From: Octopus vulgaris
Taxonomy: Eukaryota
Assembly (NCBI GenBank): GCA_951406725.2
Contig: OX597822.1
Span: 12,710,001 to 12,774,000, forward strand
Direction of reading: 5' to 3'
DNA length: 64,000 nt
Below the pieces are notes generated by a model, which worked only from the letters and a program-made list of their open reading frames with translations, searched no databases and was not told the DNA's origin. Below are positions 12,443-27,199 of the stretch, piece by piece; positions within the stretch are counted from its first letter, which is position 1; each line of letters begins with the position of its first letter. The translations under genes were made by a program, and so were the position numbers.

Positions 12443-13565
12443 ATAAGAAAGAAGAAGAAGAAGAAGAAGAAGAAGAAGAAGAAGAAGAAGAAGAAGAAGA
12501 AGAAGAAGAAGAAGAAGAAGAAGAAGAAGAAGAATTTTCGTATAAATGTTGAGAGCAGTGGATTGACTGATCATCGAACAAGACGGCTTGCAATATTACT
12601 TCCAGCACATCAAACACTGAGATCAAATCGCGGCAAAGACAACTTTGCTTTTCATCTTAGTAGGTCAATAAAATACGAGATCGATTAATTCAACGAACAA
12701 CATTGCTACAAATTTCTGGTCTCCAATGACTATTTAGAAACAGTTATTGGTGTTGTCGTTGGTGTATATGTTTCTGTTGTTGCTAATGTGGTGGGGGTGC
12801 TGTTTGTGGTGGTGGTTGATTCTGTTGTTGTTGCTGTTGCGGTTATTACTATTGATCAAGCATAATTAGTACAGGAAGCATTTTATTTATACTTATATCG
12901 ATAAACTCCTTTTGGAGAATATGGAAATACCACATGACCAAAGCCACATACCTAATCAATATCACAGCGACATACCTACCACAACCATAACCATCGATCC
13001 CTTCGCTTAACCATCCTAAAACCATTTCAACGTTGATGGGTTACGTAAGTGTGGAATATCAATTACTTGGACGCATTCCTTTCTCAACTTCTGAATAATT
13101 TCTCTTTCAATTAGGGTTATTCGTCTTTTATGATCTTTGGTTTGCAATAACCTTAGTGTTAATTGCCGTAGATGTGTACCGGTGTTTGCACTTAGCTTTT
13201 AAAACTAATCTATTTGTTCTGAAATATTAATTTGCTAATTAGGGCTTTCGTCCCTTTGCCACCATTGCTTTATAATATTTTTTGTTCGCATAAAATGATT
13301 TTATTCATGAGACGAAATAGTGGAACAAACTTAAAAGCGCACACAGTAATTTACGTTTGTATGGACTCAGGTATCTATGCTTATGTAAGTAGACGGGGGG
13401 GGGGGGCGAAGGCATGGCTGTGTTGCTAAGAAGCTTATATAGCAATCACGGGGTTATGGGCTCAGTCCTACTGCGTAGAACCTTCAGCGTCTTCTTGCTA
13501 AGCACAGAACCTTCTATTGCGTCGTGAGTGATTTTGATAGACGGAAACTGTGTGGGAGGATGCCT

Positions 13566-13598
<33 letters not shown>

Positions 13599-13859
13599 TT
13601 ATTTATGTATGTATGTATGTGTGTATGTATGTATGTATGTATGTATGTATGTGTGTGTGTATGTATGTATATGTATATACACACTTGTGTGTATCCAGCC
13701 GTGGCTGTGTGGTAAGAAACTTGCTTCCCAACCACATAGTTCCGGGTTCATTCCCACTTCGTGTCACCTTGGGCAAGTGTCTTTTACTATAGCCTCGGTC
13801 GACCAAAGAGTTGTGAGTGAATTTGGTTGGCGGAAACTGAAAGAAGCCCGTCGTGTATA

Positions 13860-13897
<38 letters not shown>

Positions 13898-14314
13898 CAT
13901 GTATATATACACATAAATATATATATATATATGTGTGTGTATGTATATGTTTGTGTGTCTGTGTTTGTCCCTCACCATCGCTTGACAACGGATGACTTAC
14001 AAAGAATAAGTCCCGGGATCGATTTACTCGACTGAAGGCGGTGCTCCAGCTTGGCCGCAAGTAAATGACTGAAACAAGGAAGCAAAATCAATACATATAT
14101 ATGTGTGTGTATACACACACACACACATATATATATATATACTGATATAAATAGCTAGATAGATAGATACATACATACATACACACATACATGCATACAC
14201 CCATATACGCAGACGCACAGGTAAACGTACGCAGACACAGGTAATCAGTGTATTTGATATTTTAGCCAACTCAAATTCATCTTTACTATGTCGTTCCCGA
14301 ATTTTGTGTATCTT

Positions 14315-14348
<34 letters not shown>

Positions 14349-14398
14349 ATACTATTATTATTATTATTATGATTATTATTATTATTATTATTATTATG

Positions 14399-14469
<71 letters not shown>

Positions 14470-15876
14470 GTGGATTCGTGAGGTTTTCCATATTTATTTT
14501 CGATATTTGGTTATCGCAACAAACGTGTTTTTAAAATTAATGTTGATTTTTTAAAAAACAGAATAAATCAATATCATTTTCATTTTACTTTTTTTGTTTT
14601 CAGTTTTTATTGTGTTCTTGCTATTTATTATTGTCGATATCGTTGGTTTGTACTATCATTGCTACGTCTTGTGTGCATAACAGAAAATTTGTTTGGTTAG
14701 TTGAAAAAAAATTAAGTTTGAAAACACTATATTTTTTTTTCTCGAAACCCACAACGCAAACGAATCCAAATTTAAATCTCGTTGACATGTGTTTTTATTC
14801 TTTTACGAAACTATTCTATTTCCCATTCATTTATTTTTTCCAAAAAATCTCTTTATTCCCTCATGTAATGGTCAATGAAACGCGTGGACTGCATTTCTAT
14901 TCCTGTATACATATTAAATTAGTTTTTTAGTATATGAATATTTGTGTGTATGTGTGTTTTCATGTTGCCTTTGTGTGTTTGTGAGCGGTCGTGCTAAATG
15001 AGAAAAACTAAAAGCTAATATATGACGAGCTTTTTACACGGACATGACACATATAATAGTCAAGAAAAATTTGAAAATATCTAGATTACAACGAAAAATA
15101 TGAACACGCTTAATAAGTAAGTATATGTATTAATACATACACACACACGTACATATGTACAAGTATATAGTTAGCTATATTCTATTAAGAACGTAACAGA
15201 ATATTGTATAAAGCCTCGTCCACCTTCAGATTTCACCCTGTTCTGTCCAGGAGGATTATTATACTTACAACCAGATTTGCGTTTGGGTTTCTGCAGTGTG
15301 TGAATAGATAGCTGCGAGGAAACGGTTGCATAATCATGTACCTGCAAGACTGGAGAAGTGCGTTGTTTAGAAACAATTGTAGTGTTTACAAATAAATATT
15401 CGACCGCACTTCTTCCTGCTGACTCCAACTTTTCAATTACATATATATGTGTGTGTGTGTGTGTGTGTATGTGTGTGTATATGTGTGTTTGAGTGTGTGT
15501 ATGAGTGTGTGTATGTGTGTATATGTATGTATATATATATATATATATGCACATATACACATACACACCTACATATATATATGTATATATATATGTGTGT
15601 GTATATATATATATATATATATGTATATCAATGCAAAGTCACTTTGATCCGCGAAAGAGAGGTGCAGCCAATGGTAAGTATCCAAGAGGTAAAGAAAATC
15701 CAAGGTAGAGGTAAGTGTTGATAGTGGTATTGGTAGAATATAGGATGAAAGTGAGACCACGTGAGCGTATAATATATAACGGGAAGCTTTATGAAAATAG
15801 ACAAAAGACGAAGGCAGGTGGAAAACAAACAAACAATTGTATTAGTATGGCGCTCAGGAAATATAAATAAAACAAG

Positions 15877-15914
15877 TCTTTAACGTTTCGAGCCTACGCT
15901 CTTCAACAGAAAGA
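15877..15914 (-). ncRNA. Minimal type I hammerhead ribozyme motif (Penelope-like), core variant CUGUUGA
   Basis: Minus strand reads tcttt-CTGTTGA-A-gagc(gtag)gctc-GAAACGTT-aaaga: 5-bp stem I, 4-bp stem II and a loopless palindromic stem III. Confidence 0.7.
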
Positions 15915-16519
15915 TACACAGAGAGAAAAAAATACAGAAAGAAGGAGAGAAAAAAAAAATGCGTGCAGTAACTAACGAATCAACATGGCGATCTGATTTC
16001 GGCCAGAGGTCAAAGATCAAACATGAGACGCGAGAGCGAAATAAGGGGAGATTTCGGCTGGTTATACTCTCTCCTCTCTCTCCACGTGATCGTTGTTAAG
16101 CCAAGCCTGACCTTTCTTTCTTGGTTCGACTACCATCCGTGCAACATCTATATTCTTCCACATGCCTGCCATCTCTTATTTCCCAACCGTAAGGCTTCAC
16201 TTTCACATACGCCGGTTTAATTTAATTCGTCCTTAGTCGAAAGGCACCTGTTGTTATGTCCTGTTATTTGCACTTGTATTTGTGTACCATTTCTCCGTTT
16301 TTTTCGCCCTTGTTTTTGTATACATTCGCTGCTTTCTTCCAAGGAATCTAATGCTCTTAGCTTAGTTTCTCCTTAGGGCTGGCCAGATTGGAGTAATCAC
16401 GTGTATAACAAGCCTAAATTGCAAAGATAATCTGGAACTCGACCGTGTTTTTTTTTGTTTTGCATATTTAAATATACACTTATGCATGCATATACACACA
16501 CACACATATGTACGCAAGC

Positions 16520-16580
<61 letters not shown>

Positions 16581-18729
16581 GAAAGTAACATTTTAAATGT
16601 AGCCGTTATCCTGTTCATTACTTCAGCATTTTCTCTGTATGGCAACCATATTATAAGGGCAGAGACTGTTTTGGGTTGTTTAGACGTGCATTTTCCTCAC
16701 TAATTACCGATGCAAAAGTGTTGAAATATTTTCCAATTGCAATCTTTGTTTCTAAACTCTATAAGTTTGTAATATATCACTATGCCTCTTCAGGACACAA
16801 TGATCGCATCTTGTGAACCATTAAGTTAGGAGAACGTATATCCTGTGACGAACTAATTGGTTTTATATTTATTACGATTAATGATGTAACCACTTGAACA
16901 ATAAAGAACAGATGTAACAGCTTCACAATTCTAAAAGCCAGGAGGACTTGATGACATACGAAATCTTAAGCGAGTAATACTTCCTAATAATGGTGTCAAG
17001 TTTTGGCACAAAGACAGCAATTTCATCGATCCCCGTGTTCAACTTGTACGTATTTTCTCGACCCCGAAAGGATGAAAGATAAAGTCGACTTCGGCGGAAT
17101 CTGAACTCAGATTTTTCCCGGCTCCCTAACGAGTCTGCCAGATCTCTGGCTTTTAATAGTTCAGAATAATGGCGACTAGATACATGGTAATGGTTACGGA
17201 TAAAGCCACTATAGCAGGACGGCAGGCGAGTTGCAAACGCAAAAAAACACTGTAAAACGAAAAGATTAAGATCAATGAATTCTCTAAGGGCAACAATAAT
17301 TAAAATAAAAGACAAAATGAAATGAAGAACAAACATGGGCAACTCAGTAATCATCACAAACGCATCAATAATATATATTCAGAAAAACGCATCAAAATGT
17401 GGCGGAAATAATTTTCGCACGATTGTTTCTAAGATGTGTAATCTTGAAGAAGAGCAAAAGCATTCTCATGGCAAATCAGCTACAACTAAATGGCTGGGCT
17501 GTTTCGAGAGACATTTAAGCCCAACACTACATAACTTCTAGGAATCTCTGGCCTAGTTATGCTAGGGAGAAAACTTGCTGCGTCGAGATAGATTCAAACG
17601 GCCCAGAAATGTTATCAGTTAGGTCTGTCCACAAAAACCACTGTAAAGAAACTGTTTTAAATGTATTCTTTCAGTGTCTGAACATTGTTGATTGGGGGTT
17701 TCTTGAACATCTGTTGTCGAATGTTGGCAAAATCATTAGTGATAATTGCGCCGACGTTTTTCTGTGGCTGCAAATTTTATACATTTCATCGCTTTCTGTT
17801 GGCTCTGGTGAAAGTCGTTGTGCGGTAGACGTGACAGAAAACAAAAACTGAAGACTATTTACTTTTAGATCGAGGCCTTGTCGACTTCAGTTTTCTCTTG
17901 GAGACGAATGAGAGGATAAACAAGAACCAACGGTGCTCCAGCAAATATATTGGAAACTTGGGAAAGGGGAGATTGGGAACCGGTTGAATAGGTTTATATT
18001 CAGCATCAACAAGTGGGTCGGGGATTGAAGTAAAGTGAGGCTACTTAAACATTCGTACTCAGATATTAATTGAAGACATGAAGACATGCAGTCGCTATTC
18101 TTTCATATATTTCCATATCTTCTATACCATGTATACTATCGCTTTTTTTTTTAAATTTCGACTCAAAGTAAATTCTTCACTATTTATGTTACTTGCCTTT
18201 CTAATGTCGCCCATATCCATCATATTTTTGGCAATAATTAATAATGGAGTATTAGTTTCGATATTGCATCATAGACCAGCTATTTTGAATCGTAGAACCG
18301 TCGGATAAAACGGTTTGTGAAATTTGTTCTGTCGCTTATTGATCTGAGTTCAAATTTTCCTTTTCCTCCTTTAGAAGTTGATAAACTACAGTACCAGTCA
18401 AGTACTAGAACCAATGCTTTCGACTGATTCCTTCATCACAAATTTTCTGACCGAGTGACTATTGAGAATGCTTAGGAGCGCATCATGAATTTTCCCCCAC
18501 CCCATCATGTACATGTGAATATATTTGCTGTTATTTTACACATTTAATATTTTGTTTTACTGTTTTATAGTGGATTTTGCCGAGGAAGTGAACTTGCTCG
18601 AGTGTGGTTCTCTGTTATTAGGGACGAAGCTTCCTTCCTATGGTTTAGAATCCATAAAAACATTTGCAACCAGCAAATTAAACACCACCGTCAACGTGAT
18701 ACCTAAAGCTAAGCAGCAGCAACAGCAGT

Positions 18730-18761
<32 letters not shown>

Positions 18762-19325
18762 AAGCAACAACAACAACAACATTATCAGCATCAATATAAC
18801 CAGTGGCGATAGCAGAATCAAAACTAACAGCAATTTCAACATCTTCGCCGTCAACATCATCACTAAAAGGGATACAAACAAATTGAAAAAGGCAACAAGT
18901 AAAACCAGCTATTATTAGCATAGTCGACGACTCTGCCCTCTCACTCCTGTAAACACAAAAAGCAAAACCGTTGACACCTCTGACGACAACACCGGTGTCA
19001 GCGTCATAAATACGGTAATGTCGTTCACCAAATTCACGGAATCGTAGGTGAGTCATTCATTTGCAAATACAGAACCATTTAGGCGAATGCATAAATGGTG
19101 TATTTTACCACCTTACAAGCTTGTTTTATGACAGGCATTAAACGAGAAAAAGATACAGTTACTACGGATGCGTGAACGAAAAATACAACAGCACGTTAGG
19201 CATACACCGAACAAGGCAGGCGGAAATAAGCATATGAAAAATGCAAGTGATTCTATAGGACAAGCCAAAAATGAAAGGCAGCATGGGTCTCTCATGGCCT
19301 TACATTGTATTGAAATGGAGCTGTG

Positions 19326-19720
19326 GTAACTTAGATAACTTAGATATGTTTCGACCAAAGATTGGTCCAGGCCATGTCTAACTTGATAGCACCACCTGAT
19401 AGGATTATTCGAATCCTGTTTAAGTCAAGTTTTGTTTAAGTCAAGTTTTGTTCAAGTAGTGAGTTCTTGTTGGGTGAGTTGTATCCAATTATGGGTGGCT
19501 TATCTGGTATTCTTTGAAGGAATCTATCCAGACTCCGTTTAAAGTTGATGGGATCCTTTTCCTCTTTGATCTCTCTCAGGACAATGTTAAATAGGGCAGG
19601 GCCTGTTAAGGAAAAAAAATTATGTTGCAGTGTACATGTATGTTGTGATCTTGAATTGGGCAGGGGACGTATGGCCCGTGATCCCAGTCTTGGATGAACC
19701 TTGAAGCTAATGTAACCTTA
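19326..19720 (-). mobile_element. 3' fragment of a CR1/L2-group LINE
   Basis: Minus translation ISFKVHPRLGSRAIRP..GPALFNIVLREIKEEKDPINFKRSLDRFLQRIPDKPPIIGYNSPNKNSLLE. The 3' UTR has a stem-loop (gacca-atctt-tggtc) and an (atctaagtt)2 tail. Confidence 0.65.
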
Positions 19721-20494
19721 GAAGCAATTCTTTCACTATGTGTTCGTGTGTGTTGTACATATGCAGTCCCATACGGAAAGCTTAGTAACACGAAAGTTAC
19801 ACTCTATAATATGTAAGCAAAGATCAAGTTAAAACCAATGTCCCGAGTTCTGGAAATCAAATGGATTCGAATTGAGATTGATCAGGTGCCCACAATAGTC
19901 CGGTTCTTCTGTCCGATTCTTCTGCTAAGATCACACCAGCAGTATTCATATCTGGTAGCTATAGTTGAAAGAGTTAAGAACACGAATTGATCTAACCTAC
20001 GAAACCCATATAAATACATATTAGCTCATTGTAGGGGGGGAAACCGTAATGTGTAGGAAGGTCAGTATTTGAGTTATGCTTGCAGATTGCAGTCGAGAAG
20101 GCAGGTGCTCCGAGTGCTATGTGGCATTTGATCGACTCGAGGTGGCCATTGCTACATATATGTGGGCGCTTGTTTTATATTTTACTTGTTTCAGTCATTA
20201 CGCTACGCCCATGTTGGGGCTATGCCTTTTAGAATTTTAGTCGAACGAATCCATCCCAGTACTTTTATTTTTTTTATCGGTTCTTTTGTCAAATCGTGGT
20301 GGTGGGCAAACACTAAGACAAAGACGCACACACACATACATACATAAATACATACACACATACACATGCACACACATATATATAAACATATCTATCTATA
20401 TATTTATACATATATATATATATATATAAATATATATATATATACATACATACATACATACATGCATACATAAATACATACACACATACACATG

Positions 20495-20534
<40 letters not shown>

Positions 20535-20543
20535 CATGCATAT

Positions 20544-20574
<31 letters not shown>

Positions 20575-20715
20575 CATACATACATACATGCATACATACA
20601 TACATATACAGTTAGAATTTACGAAAAAACACAAAACAAAACAAAACAAAAGACGTAGACGTGTGTGTAAACAAGAAACAGTTGTATTAGTTTAACGCTC
20701 GAGAAGTGAGAATGT

Positions 20716-20751
20716 CTTTTGCGTTTCGAGCCTACGCTCTTCGACAGAAAG
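20716..20751 (-). ncRNA. Minimal hammerhead motif, degenerate (core CUGUCGA)
   Basis: Minus strand reads cttt-CTGTCGA-A-gagc(gtag)gctc-GAAACGCA-aaag. Flanks are homologous to those of the 15877 copy. Confidence 0.55.
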
Positions 20752-20820
20752 GAACGCAGAAATAAACAGGGAGAGAAAATTTTTAAAAAAGGTTTAGTGG
20801 CTAGCGATCTATCATGAGTC

Positions 20821-20856
<36 letters not shown>

Positions 20857-20897
20857 ATGTGTAAGTATATAGGTATACACATACGCGCGCGCACGCA

Positions 20898-20947
<50 letters not shown>

Positions 20948-20948
<1 letters not shown>

Positions 20949-21330
20949 CTCTCTATATATAAACGGCAGTTTGTCTGTGTGCGTGTCTGTGTGTCTGTTA
21001 GGTTGTACTCTCACCCTGACCACGGCTTTCAACCGATTCTGATGAAACTTGATACACACATAGCCCAATGTCATAATTCAAAACTAACGCAGCGAAAATT
21101 TTGAAAAGTTCCCCCAGTTCTGAAAAAGATCGATAAATTCGACATGGGGTCGACAATCAGAAACACAAACCACAGATGGTCTATGGGACGCAACTCGACC
21201 TTTTTAACTCTCAAAAAAATTTACCATCATTTTTTTCCCATTTTCTTTGCTATTTTTGGCTATAACTCTCTAAAAATGTTTTATAGTTATTTCCCTTACA
21301 AACCCGAGCGACGGCGGGCGATACTGCTAG
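20948..21330 (+). mobile_element. Non-autonomous Helitron, ~383 bp
   Basis: A|TC start (tctctctatatataaac), a GTCT/GT-rich subterminal tract, 3' hairpin cccg..cggg, then CTAG|T. Confidence 0.85.
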
Positions 21331-22837
21331 TATATATATATATATATTTAATCAATATCAGGGTAGCAAAAAATTCAAGAGAAATTTTTTCGCCACCAGC
21401 GGTCTGGTGAGAAAGAAAAGATAGTCAACAGACTATATAATGTACATTCAACAATAATATTAAGGAATGGCCTTAATAGGCCATTCGACTCACTAGAACG
21501 AGCAGCCAAACTCAAACCGCTAAATAGTAGTAATTCAGAAGCCAAAGGAAAATTAAAAACAATATATATATATTTATATATCAATTTGGTGGAGACGCAC
21601 AATTTTACGAATAGAAGTTGTCGTGTGACTTGACTTTTAAGGACATCAAAATATGTTTCTTAGCGTCTTGCCAGTCCGGCTAAGGCACATGTCGCTATGT
21701 TAATAAATTATCGGTGTGCGTGTGTGTGCGTGTATTCTGGGATTATTTGGTAAACAGTGCCGAATGTTACATTTCTGTACATACTAACAATAATAATACC
21801 TTATAATCTTAAAGCTTATAAGCGATCACCATGCATTGACTAAGGTAAACAGTCAAATATATGGCCACTTAAACCCTTAATGGGAAGAAAGTAGGGTTTG
21901 TTGCACACAAACAAACAAACACACACGCACACACACACACAAACACACACACACACACATACACACACACACACACACATATATATATATTTCTTTACTA
22001 TCCACAAGGGGCTAAACACAGAGGAGACAAACAAGGACAGACAAACGGATTAAGTCGATTACATCGACCCCAGTGCGTAACTGGTACTTAATTTATCGAC
22101 CCCGGAAGGATGAAAGGCAAAGTCGACCTCGGCGGAAATTGAACTCGGAACGTAACGGCAGACGAAATACGGCAACGCATTTCGCCCGGCGTGCTAATCC
22201 AGGCTGTTGCTAGAGTGGAACACACTTACCCAAGATGATACGCAGTAGGATAGACCCGTGTGGCTGAGTAGCTAACTTATTACCACACAGCCACCCCTAT
22301 TCTGAAAGCATTCCTGATATGGCTTTCATGCGAAACGCTTAAATACGTCACGCACACACGTAGACGCGCGTGCACACATACATAGGTATATATGTCACAA
22401 AATGTTTCTCGTTATCCTACATAATAAGCTATGAACGTACGTACAACGACCACGTGCTCTGTAAAGTTTCTTCTTCTCATCCGTCTTCTCCTCCTTCTCC
22501 TTCTTCTCTTCCTTCTCCTTCTCCTTCTCTTTCTTCTTCTCCTTCCTGTTCTTTGTCTTCTCCTTCTCTTTCTTCTACTGCTTCCTGTTCTTCTTCTTCT
22601 TCTTCTTCTTCTTCTTCTTCTTCTTCTCCTTCTTCTTTCACATTCTTCTATTACTAAGTAAAACTTCTTCATGAGCTTGCTTTCTCTACCGTTCCTGTAC
22701 TTCACACATACATATATGCAGATACACACACACACATATATATATTTATAAATAAATATATATAGATGCATGTATATATATATACATATATATATGTATA
22801 TATATATATATATAAATATATATACATATATATATAC

Positions 22838-22923
<86 letters not shown>

Positions 22924-23161
22924 GTATGTATGTATGTATGTATGTATGTATGTATGTATGTACATGCGCATGAATGTATATTTGTATACATCCAAAAATA
23001 TATCTATTAGTTTGTACATCTATATTTTATCACAGAATGAATGTTTGTTGAACACATTTTTGCACCGAACATTTTCTACCACTTAACTACATATAACTCT
23101 AAATCAAAGCGTTTCGCTTAGGTTTTTTTCTCTTGTCGCTGTAATTGTTACTCTAGCCATT

Positions 23162-23205
<44 letters not shown>

Positions 23206-23588
23206 TATTATTATTATTATTATTATTACTATCTTGTTGTCCTATGTGCTGTTGTTGTTTTTCATGTGAATATATATAATTATTATTCTTGGCGCCAATT
23301 TTGCTAAAACGAATCAATATTTTAATTAATAGAAATAATCGTTAAAATTATTGTTATTTGTTTACTGCTTTCTTTCCTTTTATTATTTTTTTTTGTTACA
23401 GTCCTTGTACTTCTTCACCTTCTACTTAGTACCTTCTTCGCTTCCATGCTTCCACCCCCACCCTACCCTTATCTTTATCTTTTTCGTGTCTTCTAATTAT
23501 TTTTTAAGATTTCTCTGTGAAAAATGTTTAAATGTGTAATGGATAAATATGTGTATGCATTATTGTAAGTGTGTTTATATATGTGCAT

Positions 23589-23628
<40 letters not shown>

Positions 23629-23787
23629 TAAAATACCTATATATGTAGGATATATACATGTCTTACATATATGTATATATGTATATATATATGTGTATAT
23701 ATATATGTATATATATGTGTGTCTATATATATATATATGTGTGTGTGTGTTTGTATATATATGTATATATATTTATGTATATATATG

Positions 23788-23900
<113 letters not shown>

Positions 23901-23904
23901 GTTG

Positions 23905-24236
23905 CTGAGATCCCCTTCAGTCATGACTGACCATGGTATTGCACCTAGGAATTTACTTTCCGAGGCACAAGTCGGGAAAAGTTTGTGTGTGGAAGGCCAG
24001 CAGTCGCCCAGGCATACCAGACTCCAACCTCCACACCACTGATAATATACAATGAAAAGGCAAAGGGGCCGATACAGCCGGGAAACAGTGATATCGCAAC
24101 TCATTTCTACAGCTGAGTTAACTGGAGCAACGTGAAATAAATTGCCTTGCTCAAGAGCACAACACGTAGCCCGGTTCCGGAATCGAACTCACAACCTCAC
24201 GAACGTAAGATCGACGCTTTAACCACTGAGCCATGC
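23905..24236 (-). mobile_element. tRNA-headed SINE family D
   Basis: Minus head gcatggctcagtggttaaag..gagttcgattccgg, core ttgagcaaggcaatttatttcacgttgctccag, and an RTE-like tail gcaataccatggtcagtcatgactga. Confidence 0.7.
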
Positions 24237-24267
24237 TCACTCACACACAGACACACAACACACACAC

Positions 24268-24309
<42 letters not shown>

Positions 24310-24339
24310 CTTTACACACACACGCACACACACACACAC

Positions 24340-24398
<59 letters not shown>

Positions 24399-24489
24399 GT
24401 GAGGATTCAGGAAAAAAGACAAAAGGCAAAGACAAGTGGTGCAGAAAACAAACAGATGTATTAGTATAACGCTTGGGAATTGAAAAAGT

Positions 24490-24525
24490 CTTTAACGGTT
24501 CGAGCCCACGCTCTTCCACAGAAAG
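24490..24525 (-). ncRNA. Minimal hammerhead motif, degenerate (core CUGUGGA)
   Basis: Minus strand reads cttt-CTGTGGA-A-gagc(gtgg)gctc-GAACCGTT-aaag, with family flanks. Confidence 0.55.
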
Positions 24526-24607
24526 GAACACAGAAAGAAATAAGGAGAGAAAAAATGTGTGTAGTGGCTACAGATCTATCGTATATATATATAGATATGT
24601 ATATATA

Positions 24608-25585
24608 CGAGGTCTGATCAATAAGCATCCACACTGTTGCTATTGTAACGAAGCTAAAGCACACAGAGTGAGGTCCTTTGACACAGATTGACTTTGATCC
24701 CTTTTGTGTGTGTGCAGTAAATTTTAACATTCTAGCTAACTTCCACTGTTTATACCAGTGCATGGAAGGAAGGTGTGTAGCGTGTGATCGTCGCTTTGTC
24801 CGTGACTGAAAAAGCTGTCATGAAGTCAGAGTGAAGTCCTTTGACACAGATTGACCTTGATCCCTTTTGTGTATGTGCAGTAAATTTTAACATTCTAGCT
24901 AACTTCCACTGTTTATACCAGTGCATAGAAGGAAGGTGTGTAGCGTGTGATCGTCGCTTTGTCCGTGACTGAAAAAGCTGTCATGGCGATACTCGATTAG
25001 AGGCCTACGCAAAGAGAGACGTTTAAGGGTCGTACACAAGTGTACGAGTGGTTCAGACATTTCCAAGATGGCCAAAAATATTTTCCTATTGACGAACGTT
25101 CTGAGAAACCTGCAACCAGCAGAACTGAGAAAAACATTGAAGATGCGCGTGCAGCTGTGATGAGAAATCGTTGAATCCCCATTTGTGAGTTATCATAGGT
25201 TGTACCGATTAATTACGGTTCAGTTCAGCCCATAATCGCTGAAGATTTGGGGATGAGACGCGTCTCTGTCATGTTTGGGCCAAAACTGCTTTCAGCTGAC
25301 CAAAAAGACACTCGGGTTTCAGTAGCACAAGATCTCCTTGATTCTGTCGAGAACGATGAAAACTTTCTGAAAACTTTGCGTAGGCCAGGAGCAGGTATCG
25401 TTTTTGGCAAAATTTGATCTAGATTCTCTGCTCAGCGACGCAACACAGCATCCTTCTAAGCACTCCTGTAAATATCGGAAGTGAGTTAGAACGTTAAATC
25501 TTAGTGCGCATGTACAGTAGAGATCAAGATCAATCTGTGCTAGGTGGCTTTACTTTGTGTGCTTTAGTTCCGTCACTATGGCAAC
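24608..25585 (+). mobile_element. Internally deleted mariner with a 163-bp internal tandem duplication
   Basis: TA-cgaggtctgatcaataag start. Inner TIR gttgctattgtaacgaagctaaagcacacagagt is matched in reverse at 25552-25585. Transposase N-terminus RTQVYEWFRHFQDG..EDLGMRRVSVMFGPKLLSADQKDTR. Duplicated units 24664-24822 and 24827-24985. Confidence 0.88.
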
Positions 25586-25620
<35 letters not shown>

Positions 25621-26164
25621 TAAAAAGAATATATCTATATATGGTTACCGAGAGGGAGACACATAAATGTTCAGATAGCGACTTCCATATACACAAAGTG
25701 AGTGAGAGAGGGAATACAGACAGATAGCTATATAAATATGTATATCTGTTGAATAGATATACATACAGACCATATTGGAGATTTCTAACTATCCTTCTTT
25801 TTATTTTTTTCATTATCTAAGCCCGTTGCCATCGCTACCTAGAGTAACAGTCATATTGATGTTAATAATAACACTAACAACATTAACAGGAAAACTAAAT
25901 ATAAACAATATTATATACGATATCCATTTTATATTTTTTTGTATCTTGAGTACTTGCTTTTATTGGTGTTAGATGTAGTGTAATTATTTTAATGCAATGT
26001 TATTACAATCATAACTAATAAATTACATCAAGCTAAATATCATCATTTGATTTGTTTTATGGTGCATAACACACAAACACACATATATGGTGTGTGTATG
26101 ATCACACACATAAAGTAAATAGATGAATTGTAAATAAGTTCATATATCGATAACTAGATAGGTA

Positions 26165-26468
<304 letters not shown>

Positions 26469-27199
26469 GTGAAAAGTATATAAATGCCACGAGTAAGTTT
26501 ATAAGGCAAGGAGGAGATAAATAAACATATTTTTCCGAGGAGGGAGACAAGTAAAACACGTGATTAAAATACCAAGAATTTACTATATAATTTTCAAAAT
26601 GCAAAGAGCACATTGAAAATAGATACGTCATTGAAATAAATAGACGAGAATATAAAGGTTTCGAGTGATAGCCTTATGAAATAGAGGGTAAAGTTTTATC
26701 AGAGACATTTTTTTAAGCATTCGTTGCCAAATTTTTGATGTCCGTTAAAAACAGTGCAGGTCAAGTTTAAAATGGATGTCGAAGTGTGGAGTAGATGGAT
26801 CGAAAATGTCACACAATCTTGGTCATATGACGGTAGTGGGAAGAAATATATTGTGAGATAGAAAGAGAACGAGTGGAAGAGGATAGATGGGGAGAGAGAT
26901 ATCGAGAAAGGAAGAGGGGAAGAGGAAATGAATGGAAGAGAGGGAAATCAATGAAGAAATACTGAATGGGGAGTGGTGAATTCATGATACCAGTGTTTGT
27001 GTGATTGCGCTTCTGTAATGAAATGTAGACACGGTTTATTTTTTCATGATTGTAGAGGATAGATATAATCTGTTGCGTTTCGAGTAGACAAAGTATCTGT
27101 ATCACGGTGCACAACAGTCATACAGTATATAAATGTGTATACACGTCTTTCTCGGATTCTTTTCGTTTCTGAGCATTGCCTTCTTCATTTGTATTTCCT

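Noticed and set aside
17230-17520. Possible Penelope endonuclease C-terminal remnant (SKMCNL..)
   Set aside because: Similarity is too short and frameshifted to support a call.
19340-19382. Hammerhead-like stem plus GAAAC on the minus strand
   Set aside because: It has no CUGANGA core and is better explained as the 3' stem-loop of the CR1-like LINE.
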